DNA of 64,000 bases from Magnetococcales bacterium (GTDB taxonomy: Bacteria; Pseudomonadota; Magnetococcia; Magnetococcales; DC0425bin3): contig JADGCO010000011.1 in assembly GCA_015228935.1 (NCBI GenBank), positions 1,048 through 65,047 on the forward strand. The letters are read 5' to 3'. The notes below the pieces were generated by a model, which saw nothing but the letters and a program-made list of their open reading frames with translations, searched no databases and was not told where the DNA came from. The position numbers were made by a program, and so were the translations under genes. Below are positions 28,301-35,336 of this stretch, one piece after another. Numbering within the stretch: position 1 is the first letter of the stretch; each line of letters starts with the position of its first letter.

Positions 28301-29232
28301 CCAGGGAGTCTCCCGAGGCCCCGGATCTTGGCCCCTGGCTTGTGGAGCAACGCAAAAAGCAGGCCCTTGGACGCCTGGAGGCAGAACGGGCGGAGCGTCT
28401 GACGGCCCTGGGCATTCTCTGGAATCAAGAGGAAGGCGAATGGGAAGGCATGTTTGCCACCCTGCAACAATTCCAGAAGATGCGCAACCATTGTGTGGTT
28501 CCCAAGGATTGGCCGGACAATCCCGCCCTGGCGCGTTGGGTGGCGCAGCAGCGCCTGAGCAACCGCCGCGAGCAACTGGCCCCCGAGCGGATACAACGTC
28601 TGGATGATCTGGGATTCACCTGGGATTCGCGGGAAATATTATGGGAAGAAATGTTTGCCTTGTTGATGCTCTATCGTGAAAAGCACAACGATTGCAACGT
28701 TCCGGATCCCTGGACGGAAAATCCCGATCTGGCCTGGTGGGTCGGGGCGCAGCGCAAGGCGTATCAAAATGGCAATCTCAATCCCAAATGGATTGCGCGT
28801 CTCAATGCCGTGGGCTTCATCTGGGACATGCAAGAGGCCTTGTGGCGGGAAATGTATGTAGCGCTAACAACATTTCACCGGCGATTCGGCCATTGCCTCG
28901 TCCCACGCAGTTGGGCGGAAAATCCCAAACTCGCCAGTTGGGTCACCGCCCAGCGTCAGGCCTACAAAGGCAACCTCCTGCCACAAGAACATATTGCCCT
29001 TCTCGACCCCTTGGGGTTCATCTGGGATCCCCAGCAAGTGGTCCAGGAAGAGTTGTTCCTGGCCCTGCAAGCCTATAAACAACGTTTTGGCAATTGCGAC
29101 GTGCCAGTGGAATGGCCGGAAAATCCCCAACTGGGACTTTGGGTGACCAGCCAACGCCAACGACGTGCCAAAGGAGACCTGGAGCCAGAACGGATCAAAC
29201 GTCTGGAAGAGATGGGTTTCAAGTGGGAATAA
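25381..29232 (+). CDS. Helicase-associated (HA) domain repeat protein with a degenerate nuclease/SF2-helicase-like N-terminal half
   Basis: Ten ~63-aa units of the form W..M...L..F....GH..VP......LG.WV..QR......L...R...L..LGF.WD. The N-terminal half is colinear with nuclease-helicase proteins, but no GxGK[ST] is visible. TTG 25372 is an alternative start. Confidence 0.7.
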   Translation: MQPKHPRAREFIQKGLFNDLTAFSQLEDRISVLVDPWAQQAAFEVFAEAYLATRRLVLVKEIQPRLPVEPGPPGPDGCIDTPWGDRVGYRVIFRADRKPPQRKDLAFFLEETPEAWWQRLLICNGPAELPTALNNRPDFWRIARPDLERLAGEDFQTLRRWFMGGGLPTDREIIPLHQERILVQVAEAKATQEKNTLILPGIAEEGSLLRRLCLQNSGTELVLVLVRTLARLRAIIRTWQEQGEWSTLSVLVACQEPLTTRLPDHPLLRHTDLDFPLLDKPETLRRFLGWRFHGTRVLLTTHGSLPLVREALAGLPPAELAIVEDAWNVASQPETTAWDLPATKRLFLAPLPSRHDPDRMDRDGESRRLFTLEDASRFGRLLEPLAANPPPREEGWRAIKVVLVGLADPFSPWGDLQRALAVCGVRKVLTFHDSLEDARGFARLIGGDSGWQSLYIDATMSEALQQRILTSFREAGGSTLLASHRAMIAGLGIPAADAAVFFPSVRKDAWETWSAVWGAFRTPDPGRSTPGWLLLPVVSGPSLAEGITADTMPGFWRILETIRDVDVHLRRRLRQARIQLGRTGTWDQTTLMERIGRIDPGGVPGDLTPELADILMRRLTTLWDQHYGALLGLREQHGDLTGEYRFDADLQQWIKNQRLLRKKNALSPERMQLLDGLGFIWDPERARWEQMRQRLLAYKERRGDANVPQVLAEDPELARWALEQRKNWKSQTLEPDRIASLDLLGFVWDPEAAHWAEMREHLMRFREQTGHADVPIPCPEDPALAVWVTEVRRKWRKHELTAEALADLTALGFIWDPEEVAWEGMLAHLAAWRATAGHARITDPFPADLPLGRWAEEQRRALRKGRLTDSRRQRLDKLEFVWDLEADAWETLFRTLQRSLPTEGPFPSTWPGQPELADWIARQCRMWKSGRLDPTRQARLDSLGIIWDPERREWENQFVELERFRNQFGHVHVPRESPEAPDLGPWLVEQRKKQALGRLEAERAERLTALGILWNQEEGEWEGMFATLQQFQKMRNHCVVPKDWPDNPALARWVAQQRLSNRREQLAPERIQRLDDLGFTWDSREILWEEMFALLMLYREKHNDCNVPDPWTENPDLAWWVGAQRKAYQNGNLNPKWIARLNAVGFIWDMQEALWREMYVALTTFHRRFGHCLVPRSWAENPKLASWVTAQRQAYKGNLLPQEHIALLDPLGFIWDPQQVVQEELFLALQAYKQRFGNCDVPVEWPENPQLGLWVTSQRQRRAKGDLEPERIKRLEEMGFKWE
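27245..29229. repeat. Array of 10 HA-domain coding repeats (~190 bp each, diverged at DNA level)
   Basis: The unit-end markers GF(I/V)WD recur ten times in the translation. Confidence 0.8.
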
Positions 29233-29271
29233 TGAAACTCATGAGTTGAAAAATTGGATAAAAATTTTTTA

Positions 29272-29357
29272 TTGGGGCTCCGCCCCAAACCCCGCCAGGG
29301 GGAAGGGCGCAGCCCTTCCCCCTGGACCCCCTTCCCAGTCTTTCATTTGTTTTTTTT
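29272..29357. repeat. Second copy of the structured intergenic repeat element seen at 14321-14480
   Basis: Reads ttggggctccgccccaaaccccg, then the hairpin CCAGGGGGAAGGGC-GCA-GCCCTTCCCCCTGG (29295-29325), then ...tcccagtctttca...tttttttt. The differences in the stem are compensatory. Confidence 0.85.
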
Positions 29358-29396
29358 AATTAATTTGATATTGATTTTCTTCTGTGGAGGTTTTCC

Positions 29397-30506
29397 TTGG
29401 ACTTCTTTTCCGAACTGCGCCACATCGTCAGCATCAATTCCCACACAACCAACAAAGCCGGCGTGGACGCCGTCGGAGCCTTCTTCCAACCCCACCTGGA
29501 ATCCCTGGGTTTTACCACCCACATCCACCACCGAACCCTGATCGGCCACCACTGGCACTACCGCGCCCCCACCACCTCCGGCCAAAAAATCCTCCTCCTG
29601 GGGCATCTGGATACCGTCTCCCCCCCCGACTTCCCAACCAGCTTTCGCATGGATGACGAGTGGGTCCACGGTCCCGGTGTCTGCGACATGAAAGGCGGTT
29701 TGCTCGTGGCCCTGCAAGCCTTGCGCAATCTCCATCACTTGCAAGGCACCATCCACAACATTGATATTCTGCTCGTCGCCGACGAAGAAACCGGCAGCGA
29801 CGACTCCCGTTTCCTGACCCAACAAATCGCTCCGGAATACGCCCTCTGCCTCGTCTTTGAAGCCGCCGGCAAACACGGTGAAATTGTGACCGGACGCAAG
29901 GGAGTCGGCACCTTCACCCTGCACATTGCAGGCGTGGCGGCCCATGCCGGCAACGATTATGCTTCGGGCGTTTGCGCTAACACAATTGCCGCCTATACTT
30001 TGCTCGCCCTCGCCAACCTGGCCAACCCACAGCAACAAACCACCCTCAATATCGGCCACATGACAGGCGGCATCGGCGTCAATACCATCAGCCCCTTTGC
30101 CACCCTTATGTTTGAACTCCGCTATGCCAGCCAAGCCGAAAAACAGCGCGTCCTGCAAGCCGTGGATCACCTCGTTGCCAACCCACCCCTCCCGGGCGGC
30201 AAACTCACCCTGACAGGCGGTATTCAACGCGAATTGTTCGAACCCGATGCCCGCCAAAACGCCCTATTGGCCACCTTGCGCACCATCACCGGCGATCCCC
30301 TGCCCACCGAATTCCGGGGCGGCGTCAGCGATGCCAACCTGACCCACGCCGCCGGCTTGATCAGCCTGGACGGCTTCGGTCCCTTTGGCGAATGGGATCA
30401 CACCCCCCGCGAACGCGCCCTGCAAGCAAGCTTCCACCAACGCATCAACCTGGTCACCCGCATTCTGAAACATCATCAATTGCATGGGTGCCGACTGGCC
30501 TGCTGA
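29397..30506 (+). CDS. M20-family metallopeptidase (carboxypeptidase G2 / deacylase-like)
   Basis: LLLGHLDTV, GPGVCDMKGG and LLVADEETGS. The TTG start is preceded by GGAGG. Confidence 0.8.
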   Translation: MDFFSELRHIVSINSHTTNKAGVDAVGAFFQPHLESLGFTTHIHHRTLIGHHWHYRAPTTSGQKILLLGHLDTVSPPDFPTSFRMDDEWVHGPGVCDMKGGLLVALQALRNLHHLQGTIHNIDILLVADEETGSDDSRFLTQQIAPEYALCLVFEAAGKHGEIVTGRKGVGTFTLHIAGVAAHAGNDYASGVCANTIAAYTLLALANLANPQQQTTLNIGHMTGGIGVNTISPFATLMFELRYASQAEKQRVLQAVDHLVANPPLPGGKLTLTGGIQRELFEPDARQNALLATLRTITGDPLPTEFRGGVSDANLTHAAGLISLDGFGPFGEWDHTPRERALQASFHQRINLVTRILKHHQLHGCRLAC

Positions 30507-30679
30507 GAAAAAATTTCCGCTCAAACCGATCCATGGCATCCCATCGCACAATGCCCAATTCATCATCGCGTAGTGCCAACCGCCCCTTCCCCCTTGCTGT
30601 GCCGTGGAAGTGATCAAGCTCCGGTTATGGCGATGCATTGAGTATCAAACGAAATTTCCCCCAAATCAGGATTTGGTTG

Positions 30680-30688
30680 TGGTATACT
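30680..30688 (+). promoter_or_regulatory. Candidate extended -10 promoter element (TGgTATACT)
   Basis: tggtatact lies 35 nt upstream of the ATG at 30723. No clear -35 element was seen. Confidence 0.3.
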
Positions 30689-30722
30689 GGTCCAGTCATC
30701 AATTGCACTTGGAGAAACGGAC

Positions 30723-30947
30723 ATGGCCACAGTCACCTTTGACACTTTGGGACTGGTTGATCGTCTCAAAGCTGCCGGCTTCCAGCCTGCACAGGCGAAG
30801 GAGGTGATTCGCGTTATTGCCAAAGCACAGGATGAACTCATCACCAAGCGCGATTTGCAGATCGAGTTGGCCCCCCTCAAGTGGGGCATGGCAATCACAG
30901 TCGGCGGAATCGTCACGATCATCCTCAAATCCTTCTTCCCACACTGA
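30723..30947 (+). CDS. DUF1640-family small membrane-anchored coiled-coil protein
   Basis: TFDTLGLVDRLKAAGFQPAQAKEV...KRDLQIEL, followed by a C-terminal TM segment. This matches the DUF1640 pattern as I recall it. Confidence 0.6.
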   Translation: MATVTFDTLGLVDRLKAAGFQPAQAKEVIRVIAKAQDELITKRDLQIELAPLKWGMAITVGGIVTIILKSFFPH

Positions 30948-31270
30948 ATCATCCATGTCGCATATCCCCTCCGGCCTTGATCATCTCTTCGGCCACCCTA
31001 TGCCCGGATCCGAATAATAACGAACACACAATATTGAAAATAAACATGAATCTTGTGATTCGCCCAATCCACCCGACCATGCTGGTCGAATGGATGATCA
31101 AGGCTGCTCAGCCAAGTCCTGTTCTGGATCCCGTTGGTTCACAACGTCAAAATCTGGCCGAAATGAACTGCGAAAGTTGAGATTATATTAATATACTCTT
31201 TCAATTTAATGAAAACATTTTTATTCAGGCGCAGACATAGAGTGACCGAAAGGATGATCAAGGCTGTTAT

Positions 31271-32101
31271 TTAATCACCAATACGTACAAGCAATCCCGC
31301 ATTATACCCTGGCAAAACATCGCTCCATTGAGAAATCAATGTATTATTGATAGCTCCATCACTATTTCCGGAACGTAAAATAGGAATAATATTCTTTCTC
31401 CCACTTTCATTACTTAAAGCTCCATCCGTAGACTCTGGTTGAAGAAATCTAAAATCCTCTGACATTACCATAATGGTTAATGATCTGATAACATCCTGTC
31501 CAGTTGGATAGAAAAAATCAATCTGATTTGAACGAACATCTTGGAACAAGCCATGTCCACTTCTATGATCAACAAAAGGATAATCATACCTATATCTTGC
31601 CCTAGTAACGAAAGAACGTTTTTCTCCTTTTTTGATTCCAAATTTAACTGAATATTTTATCTGATGTTGGCTCTTATGACTTACTGGAGACTGAAAATCT
31701 TCTTTTTCGGAACCGGCAAGATATGAAATTACCGCTTTTGATTCTTCAGAATGAAACTCCTCTGTAAACATCCCATCATCCTCCCCAAAATCTTTCATAG
31801 CAATAATACTATAAAATATATTAAAGTTAGCATAAATAATATTGTCACCCTTCGTTAACTGTACCTGCATTATCACGCTATCCATAATATAATCCGAATT
31901 TTTATTAATAATTTTCCACTCTTTAATAAATTTTTTCTGAGATTCTGTAATAAGCAAATTGCTATCTATGGACGCTTCATCATAAAAAAATATCAAACTA
32001 AGAATAGATACGCAAATCATAACTATCGTGACTATTAATATAACTCTTATCAACGGATTATAATGACCAACCAATCCCACGATTTTCTCAAAAGCTTCCA
32101 T
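31271..32101 (-). CDS. Hypothetical membrane-anchored protein in a strongly AT-rich islet
   Basis: 276-aa ORF with an N-terminal TM segment (IRVILIVTIVMICVSILSLIFFY). No motif was recognised. Its composition contrasts sharply with the flanking DNA. Confidence 0.55.
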   Translation of the reverse strand: MEAFEKIVGLVGHYNPLIRVILIVTIVMICVSILSLIFFYDEASIDSNLLITESQKKFIKEWKIINKNSDYIMDSVIMQVQLTKGDNIIYANFNIFYSIIAMKDFGEDDGMFTEEFHSEESKAVISYLAGSEKEDFQSPVSHKSQHQIKYSVKFGIKKGEKRSFVTRARYRYDYPFVDHRSGHGLFQDVRSNQIDFFYPTGQDVIRSLTIMVMSEDFRFLQPESTDGALSNESGRKNIIPILRSGNSDGAINNTLISQWSDVLPGYNAGLLVRIGD

Positions 32102-32394
32102 ATATTTCCTCCCGCTGTATAATTCATACTTAACCTAAAACAACATAAAATAAAGATCATATTTATTAACTCAATAATCAAACCTCCCCTTGTTTGGTTA
32201 CTATTGGCATGTTGGAAGATTGGGGTATATTACACATCAAACCATTCACGATTCAATTTATGAATCCAAGCATTTGAGACTAATAAGGTAAACTTAATCT
32301 AAACATTTTGTCAATACAATTTTTTATTACATATATTAAGTTATATGCTTTAAAATCGAAACAATACAAAGAATTTTAAATTTTAAACTACAAT

Positions 32395-32540
32395 AAACAG
32401 GTCCAAGACATGCATCCCCATTTAAACAACCCTTTTTTCTCTCCGCAACCCGGCTGGTCTCTCCCCTGCCTTCGTGGGTATACCACGTTCACGCCACCCA
32501 CCCGGTTGGCTCAACCCCGGCTGAGGAGAGAATTTGGCAG
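32395..32540. repeat. Degenerate duplicate of the 5' end and upstream region of the PHP gene (left copy)
   Basis: It aligns with 33166-33314: aaacaggtccaag(a/g)catgc(a/g)tccccattt...ctctccgcaacccggctggtctctcccctgcctt... Indels break the reading frame. Confidence 0.85.
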
Positions 32541-32638
32541 CGAACCGAGAAGGTTGACAGTCATCCATGCCAAGCTTGTTTGAGATTCGCCTGATTTTTT
32601 TGGTTGCAGGATCCGACCCTGAATTGCTATATATAATC

Positions 32639-32897
32639 ATGCCTTACGAAATCATCATCCGTCGAGAAGCCAAACGAAAATTGCAATGTCTTTCTGCAAG
32701 GGACAGGTCGCGTATCACAGATAAAATCATGCAACCTGGCCAAGACCCGGATTCTTCGTTGCTGGAGTCAAGCCTTTGATTGGTTCCATTTATGGCGTTT
32801 GCGTGCAGGAGAGTGGCGCGTTATCCAGGATCGGCAGGATGATCTCCAAATCGTTGCGGTGAAACGGATTCGGTCCCGGGGAGATGTCTATAAATGA
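32639..32897 (+). pseudogene. RelE/ParE (HigB-like) toxin pseudogene with at least two frame changes
   Basis: Frame 1 reads MPYEIIIRREAKRKLQCLSARDRSRITDKI. Frame 3 reads VKPLIGS. Frame 2 reads LWRLRAGEWRVIQDRQDDLQIVAVKRIRSRGDVYK*. Confidence 0.7.
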
Positions 32898-33103
32898 ACT
32901 TGCAAATCATTAAGGGATTGGATGGCAAGGATGAATATGTCCTTTTGCCAATCGAGGTCTTCAAGGCCCTGCGGGACCAGATTGAAGACGAAGTATTGGG
33001 ATTTAATATTCAAAACAATCAAGAAGATGCATATGAGCCGTTCATCCCCGAGGATTATGTCCAAAACCCGGTGGCTCTGGCACGAATGAAGGCAGGCAGG
33101 TAG
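32894..33103 (+). CDS. Probable truncated antitoxin of the decayed RelE-like toxin
   Basis: Its start overlaps the toxin stop (ATGA). The 69-aa ORF ends (ALARMKAGR*) where an HTH would be expected to begin. This is an inference. Confidence 0.35.
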   Translation: MNLQIIKGLDGKDEYVLLPIEVFKALRDQIEDEVLGFNIQNNQEDAYEPFIPEDYVQNPVALARMKAGR

Positions 33104-33165
33104 GCGTATCCTTGATTTGTTTGAAAAATAATATTTGATACCAGAGCAGATCACGACACAGAATA

Positions 33166-33314
33166 ACAAACAGGTCCAAGGCATGCGTCCCCATTTGAAC
33201 GAAAATTTTTTTCTCTCCGCAACCCGGCTGGTCTCTCCCCTGCCTTTGTGGGAATACCATGTCCACTCCACCCATTCAGATGGCTCGGCCCCGGCTGCGG
33301 AGGTGGTTCGGCAT
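33166..33314. repeat. Right (functional) copy of the duplicated PHP-gene 5' region
   Basis: See 32395-32540. Confidence 0.85.
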
Positions 33315-33917
33315 GCTGTGAACTTGGGCATCGAACGGCTGATTTTTACGGAACATACCGAGGAGGAACTGGTTGGAGGCGGGGATTGGTTTTCCCGTTA
33401 TGTCGATGAAATCCGCCACCTGCAAGAACTTTGGGCCGGCAAGATTGATATCCGTCTCGGGTTGGAGGTGCCGGTCATGGATTTTGCGGGTTCCATGGAT
33501 CTGACGGAATCCATGCTGCGCGAAGCAGACTTTATTTTGGGGGCGGTTCACGCTTTTCCGGAGGGAGATTGGCGCTCCGGTTATCGCAATCCCACCCAGG
33601 CCGTCGATGTCGAATTTCGCGCCACCATGGGGCTTTTGGACAATCCCCTGGTGGATGCCATCGCCCATCCGGGCGGGGTCTGCAACCGTTATATCACGCA
33701 ATTTCCGATGGATTTATTCGCAACCATCGTGGCCCGCGCCACCGAACGCAATATTGCCGTGGAACTCAACCCGGCCTACCACGAGCCGATGGCACCTTAT
33801 CTGGATATCTGCCGTCGCCACGGGGCGCTCATCTCCCCGGGGGCCAATGCCCATGATCCGGAACAAATCGGGGATGCGATCCGGGTGTTGGAAATGACAT
33901 TAAAAACAAATCCTTGA
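33183..33917 (+). CDS. PHP-domain phosphoesterase (histidinol-phosphatase family)
   Basis: EYHVHSTHSDGSA, FTEHTE, GAVHAF and IAHPG. The start at ATG 33183 is preferred over 33135. Confidence 0.8.
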   Translation: MRPHLNENFFLSATRLVSPLPLWEYHVHSTHSDGSAPAAEVVRHAVNLGIERLIFTEHTEEELVGGGDWFSRYVDEIRHLQELWAGKIDIRLGLEVPVMDFAGSMDLTESMLREADFILGAVHAFPEGDWRSGYRNPTQAVDVEFRATMGLLDNPLVDAIAHPGGVCNRYITQFPMDLFATIVARATERNIAVELNPAYHEPMAPYLDICRRHGALISPGANAHDPEQIGDAIRVLEMTLKTNP

Positions 33918-33972
33918 TTATCATTTTAACCATGACTCTTTCCTGTATAAATAATCCCCAAAAGGAATTATA

Positions 33973-34131
33973 ATGACAACAAAGCCAGGAGATAAACCAA
34001 CCCGGTCAGTGCCAACTTCCGTCAGTAATGATTCCTTCAAAAATGGCTGGGAAAAAAAACAATCCCCCGTTAGATTGCCTGTTCCACCACCATCTCCTCC
34101 TCCACCTTCTCCTCCAAAAAAGAAGGGGTAA
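33973..34131 (+). CDS. Possible 52-aa proline-rich small ORF (below the ORF-track cutoff)
   Basis: Reads MTTKPGDKPTRSVPTSVSNDSFKNGWEKKQSPVRLPVPPPSPPPPSPPKKKG*. It ends 6 nt before the next ATG. Coding status is unproven. Confidence 0.25.
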   Translation: MTTKPGDKPTRSVPTSVSNDSFKNGWEKKQSPVRLPVPPPSPPPPSPPKKKG

Positions 34132-34137
34132 GAAAAC

Positions 34138-34722
34138 ATGCCAACCGAAATCAACACACATGAGCAATCGTTCTTGGTAGAGAGATGGGATGGTTTTGGC
34201 TTTGATCTTCGTACATCCGTCCGCTATCACCAAAGACGCATGATGTTTTTTGATCGCTGGAATTCTGTCACCAATGCCGTTGTTCTCTTTTCTGGATCCA
34301 GTGCAGTCATCAATTTATTGACAGAATCGTTCAGTCAGAAAGTGGCCATCATCGTTTTCGGAGGAATCGTCTCCATCTTTGCCCTTCTTGACCTGGTCGT
34401 CGGAACGGCTCGCATGGCACGCACCCATGAAATTTTGTATCGTCAGTACATTGACCTGGAATGCCAATGGACCGCGATTCATGCACCAACCATGGATGAA
34501 CTTTTAAAACTGCAAAGTGATAAACTGCGGCTGGAACAAGGCGAACCTCCACCGTTGATCACATTGAGCGAACTTTGCTGGAATGATACGGCCCGGTCCA
34601 TGGGAAGAGACTGGCGAATTGTCGGCATTACCCGTATGCAGAAACTGTTTGCCAATTTATGGAGCTTTGAAGACCCGTCTCACCAAAGAAAGCACCTCCA
34701 GGGTCCCGCATCCGTATCCTGA
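34138..34722 (+). CDS. Small 2-TM membrane protein, possibly SLATT-like
   Basis: 194 aa. SVRYHQRRMMFFDRWNSV is followed by two hydrophobic helices (TNAVVLFSGSSAVINLL; VAIIVFGGIVSIFALLDLVVG) and a helical tail. The family call is tentative. Confidence 0.5.
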   Translation: MPTEINTHEQSFLVERWDGFGFDLRTSVRYHQRRMMFFDRWNSVTNAVVLFSGSSAVINLLTESFSQKVAIIVFGGIVSIFALLDLVVGTARMARTHEILYRQYIDLECQWTAIHAPTMDELLKLQSDKLRLEQGEPPPLITLSELCWNDTARSMGRDWRIVGITRMQKLFANLWSFEDPSHQRKHLQGPASVS

Positions 34723-34775
34723 ACGGTCGGATCAATCAAAATCGCCTTTGGCCATACGGAAAAATTGACCCGGGT

Positions 34776-34982
34776 TCAATCCTTCTCGTCCAGCCAAGCC
34801 ATTTGAATCGCCTCCAGAATTTTTTCGTTGCACCGTTCGGGACGATCCGCAAAACCGGGCAGATCCAGGATCCATTGGCGCAGATCCGTAAAGCGCACGC
34901 TGAGGGGATCCACATCCGGTCTGGTCTCGGTCAGGGCGATGGCAATGTCGGTGACATCGGTCCACTTGAATGGGTGCGCCAT
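34776..34982 (-). CDS. iscX: Fe-S cluster assembly protein IscX
   Basis: FKWTDVTDIA...VRFTDLRQWILDL...NEKILEAIQMAWLDE closely parallels E. coli IscX. Confidence 0.9.
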   Translation of the reverse strand: MAHPFKWTDVTDIAIALTETRPDVDPLSVRFTDLRQWILDLPGFADRPERCNEKILEAIQMAWLDEKD

Positions 34983-34983
34983 G

Positions 34984-35325
34984 TCACGATCCCTTCCTGT
35001 TTTTATCGACGCTGATGTTGACGGTGTAGGCCGGAACCGTCACCTGCAACCCGTCCAAGGCATCGGTCACGACGACCTGACAGGCCAGACGGCTGGTTGG
35101 CGTCAGGCCAAACGCCTCATCCAGGACATCCTCTTCGTCTTCAGATGCCGCATCCAGACGGTCGAACCAGGCCGGATCCACAATCACATGACAGGTTGAA
35201 CAGGCCAGTGACCCTTCACAGGCCCCTTCCAAAGGAATGTCGTGTTCGTGGGCAGCTTCCAGAAGGGAAGTCCCGGCTGGCACTTCCACAGTTTGATTCA
35301 TGGGCATGAAGGTTATTTTGGGCAT
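34984..35325 (-). CDS. fdx: ISC-type [2Fe-2S] ferredoxin
   Basis: MPKITF...GACEGSLACSTCHV... with the adrenodoxin-type cysteine spacing. It sits between hscA and iscX. Confidence 0.9.
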   Translation of the reverse strand: MPKITFMPMNQTVEVPAGTSLLEAAHEHDIPLEGACEGSLACSTCHVIVDPAWFDRLDAASEDEEDVLDEAFGLTPTSRLACQVVVTDALDGLQVTVPAYTVNISVDKNRKGS

Positions 35326-35336
35326 TGCAGAATATC

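Noticed and set aside
33921-34157. A minus-strand 78-aa Gly-rich ORF (FFFGGEGGGGDGGGTG).
   Set aside because: It is the antisense of the proline-rich mini-ORF region and has no start context or motif. It is itself low-complexity.
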